64,000 nt of DNA from Paraspadella gotoi (lineage: Eukaryota; Animalia; Chaetognatha), in contig CM119268.1 in NCBI GenBank assembly GCA_051294375.1, positions 4,859,878 through 4,923,877 on the forward strand, given 5' to 3'. Under the pieces are notes generated by a model that ran no database searches, was not told the DNA's origin, and saw only the letters and a program-made list of their open reading frames with translations. Below, piece after piece: positions 55,198-64,000 of this stretch. Numbering within the stretch: position 1 is the first letter of the stretch; the number at the start of each line of letters is the position of its first letter. A program made the position numbers and the translations under genes.

Positions 55198-56939
55198 GGT
55201 TGCTCTCTCTCTCTCTCATATCACGTGTTCCCACGCCTCTGACGTCATCAAGTGACCTCATAAAACGTCACGTGATCTCCAAACTGATCACGTGACGGTT
55301 ATTATCGTTTCTTCGACCCTCATCCATTTTGGGGCAACAAAAATTTTTTTCTTAAAAATAATCGATCGAAAAAATTGTACTAATTAATAAATGTAAAGAG
55401 ATTTATATGACTATTAGATTTGTTAAAGGTTTCCTGTAGTTTATTCAAAAATTTAGAACTCAACACATACTATAATACATGCATTTTTTTTTCTTAAATA
55501 TCACCAAAACATTTTCTAATTTTGAAACCAAATTTAAGACTCTCAGTAAGTTCAGCGACAGTTTACAGTTTTTAATCTTCCTCGATAATCGGTTTCTCTA
55601 CATTACTAGATGTACGTTTTAAACTTTATTCTACAAATTCTACAAAACAGACATTCGTTATTTGTCAGGGTCGTTTGTGACAAAGTGACAACTTGTTTTG
55701 CCAATATCAATAACGTCAGCAAAATTATATATCTGCAGACTTCGTATGAATAATATACTTACTATTTACTAATAATAAAAATAAAGTGCCATGACTATTG
55801 ACTAGTAATCGTCCTTGTTTGTTGGCTTTTTTCACTTTCACAATTAGAATCTGACTTCATTTTGGTTCTTCTGTAGATGGCGTGAAATAGAGTCACATTG
55901 ACGCGGGATACGCCATCCAACGTAGATCGAGATTTAAGAATAGTTATTGTTTATTGCTTGTTTTGCTTGGCCAATAAAATCAATCAGTAAACCAACTTGC
56001 TTGGTTAATCATTAAAACCTTAATAAAATAATCAAAGCATATAGATATTCCATAGGCTAATTAGCTCATGTAATATCTATATGTAAATACAACAATAAAG
56101 AAAAACAATTAATTAATTAATCAATTAACGAATTAACAAAAACGTTCATTAACAATAATAAAGTAATAACGAGCTCGTTCCAATTAATTAATTTTCCTTT
56201 GGTAAGTTTTCTAGAAGCAAATGGAAGTTGATGAATCAGCAGATGGAAATAAATAGAACAAATCAGCTGACTTTATTTACTTGGTTGTTCCTTTGTCTTA
56301 CTATAACCAAAAGCTAATGTTGTAAGAAGATTAACTATAAAATATTTCTGAGTTAATATCAACTTCACTGTACCAGTGGCGACTCTGGCTGGGTCGCCTC
56401 TTGTGGCCGGAAAATCTGGGGTTCAAACCTACACTTCTTCATATCTTTGTGAAAGACGAATATTAGATTCCTATAATCAACTCACTTTTCAGATGTGATG
56501 AAAACGACGAAGATCTAGCAAAAGACGATAACGACGACAAAAAGGACGACAACAACGACGACGACAACGACTGAAAAAAAAACCCTGTTGATCCAAAGAG
56601 TCAACGTTCTCTCGCGTGCACAGGACGAATTCCGTGGCGCGCGCCGAGATTTTTTTTGCGTGTGAATTCTCTCTCTCTCTCTCTCTCTCGTCTCTCTCTC
56701 TCGTCTCTCTCTCCTCTCTCATCTCGTCTCTCTCTTTCTCTCTCTCCCTCCCACAAGCACGCGACGTCCACACACTCACTATCTCTCCGTCTCGCACTCG
56801 TATCATCAACATGCGTTTCCCCCTCTCTCTCTCCTTCTCTCGTCCTGTCTCCTCCCTCCTCTCTTCTTCCTCGCTCGTCTCNNNNNNNNNNNNNNNNNNN
56901 NNNNNNNNNNNNNNNNNNNNNNNNNNNNNNNNNNNNGTC

Positions 56940-57211
56940 GTCGCCGTCGTCGTCGTCGTCGCGCGTGCTGCGTCCCGCGCCCCGGGCTCAGAAACGACGA
57001 CCGGAAGTGGCGTCACGCGATTCGCCTTGCGCCGTCGTCGTCGTCATCGTCGTCGTCGTCTTCTTCATCCTGGTTGTCTTGAGAGTCTTCACCAGCGGCG
57101 GCGTGATCATCAGCATCGTTATCGTCTTCGTCGTGATCATCTTTTTCATCGAGCTCGTTCTTAGGTTCCATCTTTATGGTCGTCGTCGTCAACTTCTCCA
57201 TCATCATCCTC

Positions 57212-57258
<47 letters not shown>

Positions 57259-57304
57259 ATCATTTCCAAACCGGTTTCAATTTTCAAGTAATGATAATTG
57301 ATTT
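56940..57304 (-). other. Possible exon of an acidic low-complexity protein
   Basis: Strong acceptor (ttttttctttttacag) at 57305, then GC-rich sequence reading IKMEPKNELDEKDDHDEDD...DDDD. The frame is broken within (GAC)n repeats and the region is flanked by N gaps. Confidence 0.3.
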
Positions 57305-57481
57305 CTGTAAAAAGAAAAAATATTTCTCTTCCTCTATTAATTTTCAGTGGATGAGTGAAAATTGTTGAATTAACTTTTTTTTTAATCGATTGGAAATCGA
57401 CGCTCGAAATTTATAAATAACCCTGAATACAACATGAGGCAGCTTTTAAAATCAACAGAATCGTTTTGAAAACATATTCCA

Positions 57482-57514
<33 letters not shown>

Positions 57515-57779
57515 NNNNNNNNNNNNNNNNNNNNNNNNNNNNNNNNNNNNNNNNNNNNNNNNNNNNNNNNNNNNNNNNNNNNNNNNNNNNNNNNNNNNNN
57601 NNNNNNNNNNNNNNNNNNNNNNNNNNNNNNNNNNNNNNNNNNNNNNNNNNNNNNNNNNNNNNNNNNNNNNNNNNNNTTTTTTTACGAATTTGTTTTCGCC
57701 TGGATATGTATCACTCTCTTATCTTATCTTTCTGGGTCTTCAACCGGAGTAAGAGAAAGAAACCTTGCATGTGAAAAGA

Positions 57780-57817
<38 letters not shown>

Positions 57818-58713
57818 NNNNNNNNNNNNNNNNNNNNNNNNNNNNNNNNNNNNNNNNNNNNNNNNNNNNNNNNNNNNNNNNNNNNNNNNNNNNNNNNNNN
57901 NNNNNNNNNNNNNNNNNNNNNNNNNNNNNNNTTCTCGTAAACGTGTATTGATCCGCCAATCTTTCAATTTTAATTCAACTGTTTTTGTTTTTTTGTTTTT
58001 TTTCAGATACGTGAATTAAATCATCGTTGAGAAAGTAAGAAACAAAAACAAAAAAAAACAAAAAACGATTTTACTTAAAGAAACTACTCATTCCATTTAA
58101 AGACTCGACATAGCTCAGAACCTCAGCCATAATCCTAAAGGAACCAGGATCGAACCCTCCCCGTTGGAAATTATTTTTTGTTTAAAACCGCAACTCACAA
58201 ACATATCCTCTTTGACTTGACCAAATAACTTTATTCTCATTCATGAAAGAAAAACTTTTTTTTCGAAAGAAGACACAAAATTTATTGTCTTTGATAAAAA
58301 AAAAAGATAAAAAAAATAAAACTAGCGCAGGCAACCGTATATTTGACTGAATCAGGTGCGAACAAAGCCATAACCTCTTCCCTTTTCTGATCGCATCAGG
58401 TGCGAGCAAAAAGCCAAGTTTTTATCTGTCGACGCGAAAATAATTTTTTTTTTAATTTCGTCCAACGATCGCGCGACTGGCGGAGAAAACCCGAGAAAAA
58501 AAAATTGAGATAAGAAATAAAAAAAAAGAACATCGAGAAATGTTCTTTCAAAAAATAGGATTTTCTCGCGTTAAATAAAAAAACTACATATCGGAAAAAA
58601 AATATAAAATTATAATTCGAAAAGGAAAGAAATATCATATTTGTTCCTCGAACGAAAGTGGAATAAAATTAGATCAAAAAAAGAAAAAAAATATTCGCGT
58701 ACCGCGTCAGTGA

Positions 58714-58836
<123 letters not shown>

Positions 58837-59621
58837 GGACGGCTTTAATCGCGATTCGAAAACCATGACAAGAAAAAAAAAGGGATTTTATTAAAAATTC
58901 TTAATCGAATCTTTAATACAACTAACTTCTTTATAAAAAAAAACCTTCGTCAAAATAATAACAAAAATTGAATCTGAGTCTAAAGACAAAAAAAAAACAT
59001 AAAAAAAAAGAAAATATAAAAAAAGGAAAGTTTTCCCCATCGTTGAGTCAATTTTGCATGGGGACTCTCTGTTTCGGCATCATGGGGAACGGGGAATCAA
59101 AAGGTAAGGGATCGCGGGGAACCGGCCTCTTTTCCGAAAACGCCCCATATCAACTTCAGAATTAAGTTGTTTTTTTTTCAGATTTAATAATCAGGTGAGC
59201 AGTTAGGGATCAGAATGTTTTTAAGGGATTAAGGTTCGGGGTTATATTAGGTTATACTAGGTTATATTAGGTTTAGGTATTAGGGATTGAAGTTAGGGAT
59301 TAGAGTAAGGGATTCGGTTTTAGATTAAGGATTATATAGCTCCTTGTATTTTGATGCTGCGCGGAGTACAATATAGTATTCCCTGACCTAATACTTAAGG
59401 GGGTTTTCATACAATTGAAACATTCTTTGAAAAATTATACCACTTCATTAATAAGGAAGCCAGGTAATCTGGGAGTGAATAAACGAGACTGTGAAAGAGT
59501 CTTGATTGAAAGCTTACAAGGACCTGCTATGTCATTATCTTGTAAGAGTGATGGAGTCCTTAAACCTCCAAAGCCTGTACAAAGTTAAAGTTATGCTCTT
59601 GATTGAACGACAAGGGATTTA

Positions 59622-60072
59622 CATTTGTTGCAGGCAATCAGCTCCATTTTCATTTGTTGCAGGCAATCAACGCCTTTTTCATTTGTTGGCAGACAATCAA
59701 CGCCTTTTTCATTTGTTGCAGAAGGCAATCAACACCTTTTTCATTTGTTTGCAGGCAATCAACGCCTTTTTCATTGTTGGCATGGCAATCAACGCTCTTT
59801 TTCATTTGTTTGAGGCAATTCAACGCCTTTTTCATATTGTGCAGGCATCAAACACCTTTTTCAGTTTGTTTGCGCAACTCAAACGCCTTTTTCATTTGTT
59901 GGCAAGGCAATCAACGCCTTTTTCATCTTGTTGGCGCAAGGCTCAACGCCTTTTTCATTTTGTTTGCAGGCAATCAACGCCCTTTTTCATTTGTTGGCAC
60001 GGCAGATGCAAGCGCCTTTTTCATTTGTTGCAGGCAATCAACGCTGTTTTCATTTGTTGCAGGCAATCAACG
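59622..60072 (+). repeat. Tandem minisatellite, ~15 copies of a ~29-bp unit GCAGGCAATCAACGCCTTTTTCATTTGTT
   Basis: Head-to-tail units without spacers. Confidence 0.95.
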
Positions 60073-60182
60073 GAACACTGTTGACGGAGAGACTTTGACT
60101 TTGAGCGAAATAGAAAGTCCTCGTTGTTCAACTGCAAGAGACAAGTCCCCGTCAAGGATCTTCAAGATCGACCAGTATGCAG
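60063..60182 (+). CDS. Candidate 120-nt internal exon of an unknown gene
   Basis: tttcatttgttgcag acceptor, open frame (NQRNTVDGETLTLSEIESPRCSTARDKSPSRIFKIDQYA), CAG|GTAAGG donor; phase 1-1. No recognisable domain. Confidence 0.35.
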
Positions 60183-61003
60183 GTAAGGGTTTTAGTATGC
60201 GGCCACAGTGAGATTTTTATATTTTGGTAGCGCGTGACAGTGCGTTTTAAGCGGATTTTTTGGATACTTTAACGTTTTACAGATTGAACATTTTTCAGTT
60301 GAGAAGAAATTCTTAGCTGGCTTGTTTACGCCAGCTGTGTTTATTCTTTGTATTTACATATTTATCTGATAATTACATTTATGCTCTATTTTGCCCAATA
60401 AAACTCCAAATTCCCAATTAATCGCAACTTATAAGATACATCGGACCCTAATAAACTGGTCCCCTACCCTAATAACGTAAACCTAAACTAATTTAAACCT
60501 CAGTACTAGAAAGAACATGGGGGCAGCTGGGCATGGGCATTTCTAACAAAAATAGCCCAAAATTGGCTCTAAAGTGGTGAAGGAAAAATCATTCTTTAAA
60601 TAAAACGGGATTAATCATAAACTTTTAATAAAAAGTAATAACAAATTGTCCGGATCAAAATATAAATTTATAATTCCTAAGTTTAACTAATCTCAGAGAG
60701 TTAGTTGATTCTCTCGCGTGACGTGACGCGAAAATTTTGAGTGCGTGAAAAACTGATAATAATTCTCGAGAGAATGTTGAACTTCTCACGAGAAGAGAGA
60801 TATGTGGAAAGGAGCTGCAGTGGGGCTGAAGAGTACTATCCGGCACTTCTTTAACCCCCTGCTAGCAGCCATGGAACGGGTTCCTGGGCTTTGGACCAGG
60901 CTTGAGGGGTTTTGCCAGCCCCCAAGAGAGACAATAAGGGAGAGTGAGTGAGAGAAAGTGAGAGAATACAAAAGTTCGCGCGAAGAACGACAAGGACAAA
61001 TGT

Positions 61004-61044
<41 letters not shown>

Positions 61045-61054
61045 AGAGAGAGAG

Positions 61055-61093
<39 letters not shown>

Positions 61094-62628
61094 AGAAGGG
61101 ACAGTCAACGATTGTTCCTAATCAGTCATGAATCATGTCAATCGCAAATTAAAAACTTAAACTTTTCTCTTTTTAGTTGCGCCGCGAGTAAGCAAACTTT
61201 TAGGTCGGTCTGTCGGTTCCAGTCGGTCCCATCGGTATGTCTGCTCCGTTCTGTCCAATTTACGTGTAATATTGTTTTTTGTAATTTGCCTATAATGTTT
61301 ATATGCCTATATGTTTATTATGCCTCTAATGTTTTATAATTTGACTATATTTGGCTTATAGAAAAAAACCTCAATCTAAAAGGATTGCGAAGCGCCTGCT
61401 TCAAGGATTTTCTTTAAGGAATACTATTAAACAGACGACAAATTTTGATGCAGGTGCATGGTCATAATACACGGGCAAAAAAAGTTTTTAGTCCTGTCAT
61501 GTCATGTCAATTTTGATATCAATGTGATCAAAGTGAAATACAACATAAATAAGGATTTCCAGCGGCGGCAACACATTGGAATTAACCGTTTTCTTGTTTC
61601 TAAGTATTTTCAATATCTTTTTTTTTTACATTAATTTTTTCCAACTCGATAATTGCTTTTTACTTTCAAAAAACTAAAAAATAATTTTTTAAATTGAAAA
61701 CTCGCTAATCTTACGTCGTCTTAAAAAGGCGTTCAACTGATTATTTATTATGTTTAGATGTGGATGTCTATATATCAAACTATTTATATATTGTGTCCTC
61801 CGCAACATTTTAAAAATAGATATGAAGGTGGAGTATGAAATCAATTCGGATTTCCAGTCAATTGTAATTGTATTGTCAATTTCAACTTTTTTTGCCATCC
61901 CGTTTCCTTTCTACATACTTTATACAGATCACCGTCATTCATGCTCGCAATTCATCTCCCATTCATACTCCCCATTGCATACTGCCGCCATTCATCCTCC
62001 TATTCATATCTCCCCATTCATCTCCCCATTCATCTACCATTCATGGCTCTAAAATCATCTCTAAATGCATCTCTAAATCATCAATCTCTTTTAATCGTGC
62101 CGTTAGTTGGACGCCGACTAATCTCCCTTCTTTCTAATGCTTTTTTTCGATTCATTTTCCAAACAGGACATGGTCGAAAAGTCTCGTCTCTCTCTCTCTT
62201 CTCTCTCTCGTCCTCTCCGTCTCTTCTCTCTCTCATCTTGTGTGGCAGCGAGAGAGCAAAGAGAGGAGAGAGAGAGAGATCTTGTGAGCGATTTGTGATA
62301 CAAACTAAACGAAAGAATGGGGGATAAAGGACACTTCGTACAGGCAGGGAGAAAAGAGAGAAAGAAGAAGGAGAGAGAGAGAGAGAGGAGAGAGAGGAGA
62401 GAGGAGAGAGAAGAGAGAGAGAGAGAGAGAGCGCTCAGCCGCAACATTCTGTATTCACCATGAAAAGCAGAGACGTTGAATTTAAACTGAGGCTGAAAAC
62501 CTGAGAGGGAAAAAGAAATGAGATTTGGACTCGAACTTGAGACCTGAGTTTTGAAATCTTGAGACGCAGAGACAAAATTAGAAAAAGAACATTAAGGTTG
62601 ATTCAATATTGGAATCATCTAGTAGCGG

Positions 62629-63297
62629 TAGCCGACGCGAATCAATTTTAATGGGAAAAGCCAATAAACTAAATCCATTAATTGGTATAATTATTGTGTT
62701 AAAATATTTTTGGGAAAATATTCCAACCATGAGTAAATTCGCTACTTAATATTATAATATCACTATATAATGTCAAAATTTTTTTTTAGATATTTTAAGT
62801 TTTATTTAATTGATTCTGATAGATCTTTAAAAACAGTTAAGCAAAAAATTATAATTACAACTTTTTTAAATTTTTGATGTTTTATTACTAAAAAATTAGT
62901 AAAAACTGCCTAAATCATCGGATGATGATGATGATGATGAATTTTTTAAGGTTTTTTCCGCCAATTATTAACCACCCACTTAATCATTAAAATATTGAAA
63001 AAGAAATTATAAACTTTGTGCAGATAACTTTTCATAAGCATTATTGAATCTGCTTTTAAAAATAACAAAAGTTCCAAAAAAAATTTTTGAGACTACAAGC
63101 CTTTCCAGCCATGAATTTTCCTATCTATCGAATATATTAAAAAATTAATTACTACTGATAGCTTGGCTATAGGCCATTTTACAGAAATTTTGGTCCCATT
63201 GAAAGTTTTCTCAAAATGTATGATGTTTCATCTTGAAAGGTTCCCAATCAAACTTCTGGACCGCTTACCGGCCCCATTGACAGAAGATTTGGCTCTA
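62629..63297 (-). mobile_element. Interspersed repeat, inverted and diverged copy of 26458-27060
   Basis: See the 26458 feature. Differences include many substitutions, unlike the large duplications. Confidence 0.75.
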
Positions 63298-63874
63298 ATC
63301 TTAGCTCACTATTATAGGGTCACTATATCATGATAATTATGGAGATTTTATTTAAAAATATTTCACTTTACTCTATATATTTTTTTTTATTGTTTAAGTT
63401 TTAAAATTTTTTTTACAAATATTAAAAAGAAAATAAAAATATATCAGAGAATAATTTTTATCAACATTGGTTCAACGAGAATTATGCCATTAACCTCAGA
63501 ATTCTCTTTTTAGTTGATAACAGTTCGTTATGTAGATTTATTGAAAAAAAATTCACATTTTAAAGTTATTCAAGAAAAAACAATAATAGAATATCGGTAT
63601 GAGATAAAAAAAGCCATTGTTTCATCCTGTAAAAAGCCTTAAAGCTTCAATGAAATCATTGTGTCGACTCGAACTGCGCGACATCGATTCAAGGTGGACC
63701 AAATTAGGTTGAAACTTAATCAAGGTTTTGGTGGAAAAGACCTTAAAAAAAAGAAGTAAAGTAAGAAAAGAAAGAAAGAAATAAAGAAAAAAGGAAAGAG
63801 ATAGAAAATACGAACATATGTGTGGGGCTTGAGGTTGACTCTGGGCTTCCCCCTTGGATGGGAAGTAAGAGAGA

Positions 63875-63973
<99 letters not shown>

Positions 63974-64000
63974 CTGTGGGTTAAAAGTGAAATGGTGTGA

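Noticed and set aside
59622-60072. 29-bp repeat array as a CRISPR locus or repeat protein
   Set aside because: Units are contiguous with no unique spacers, there are no cas genes and the context is eukaryotic. The unit length is not a multiple of 3, so the overlapping ORFs are incidental.

Overview
Eukaryotic (invertebrate-type metazoan) genomic DNA: GC-rich spliced exons in AT-rich, (AG)n-microsatellite-laden introns, with several N gaps. Hand-spliced gene models: a DUF1647-like type II membrane, glycosyltransferase-like gene (minus strand, ~10.5-13.9 kb); three intact, head-to-tail Src-family (Src42A/FRK-like) tyrosine kinase paralogs (minus strand, 16.2-33.1 kb; about 516, 558 and 551 aa); and a divergently transcribed secreted AA15-type lytic polysaccharide monooxygenase (LPMO) gene (plus strand, from 35.4 kb). 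Two ~8 kb near-identical but indel-riddled duplications, plus a ~3 kb inverted copy, lie next to fixed 25-N gaps and are most likely long-read gap-filling artefacts. The most notable signals are: (1) the LPMO keeps its histidine brace but has His in place of the axial Phe/Tyr; (2) two Src paralogs have a natural Cys gatekeeper, and the three differ in activation loop, membrane anchor and intron positions; (3) a 29-bp tandem array built from an amplified splice acceptor; (4) a possible GA splice donor. Several MITE-, SINE- and Helentron-like repeat families are also visible. All family assignments come from motif recognition, not from database searches.
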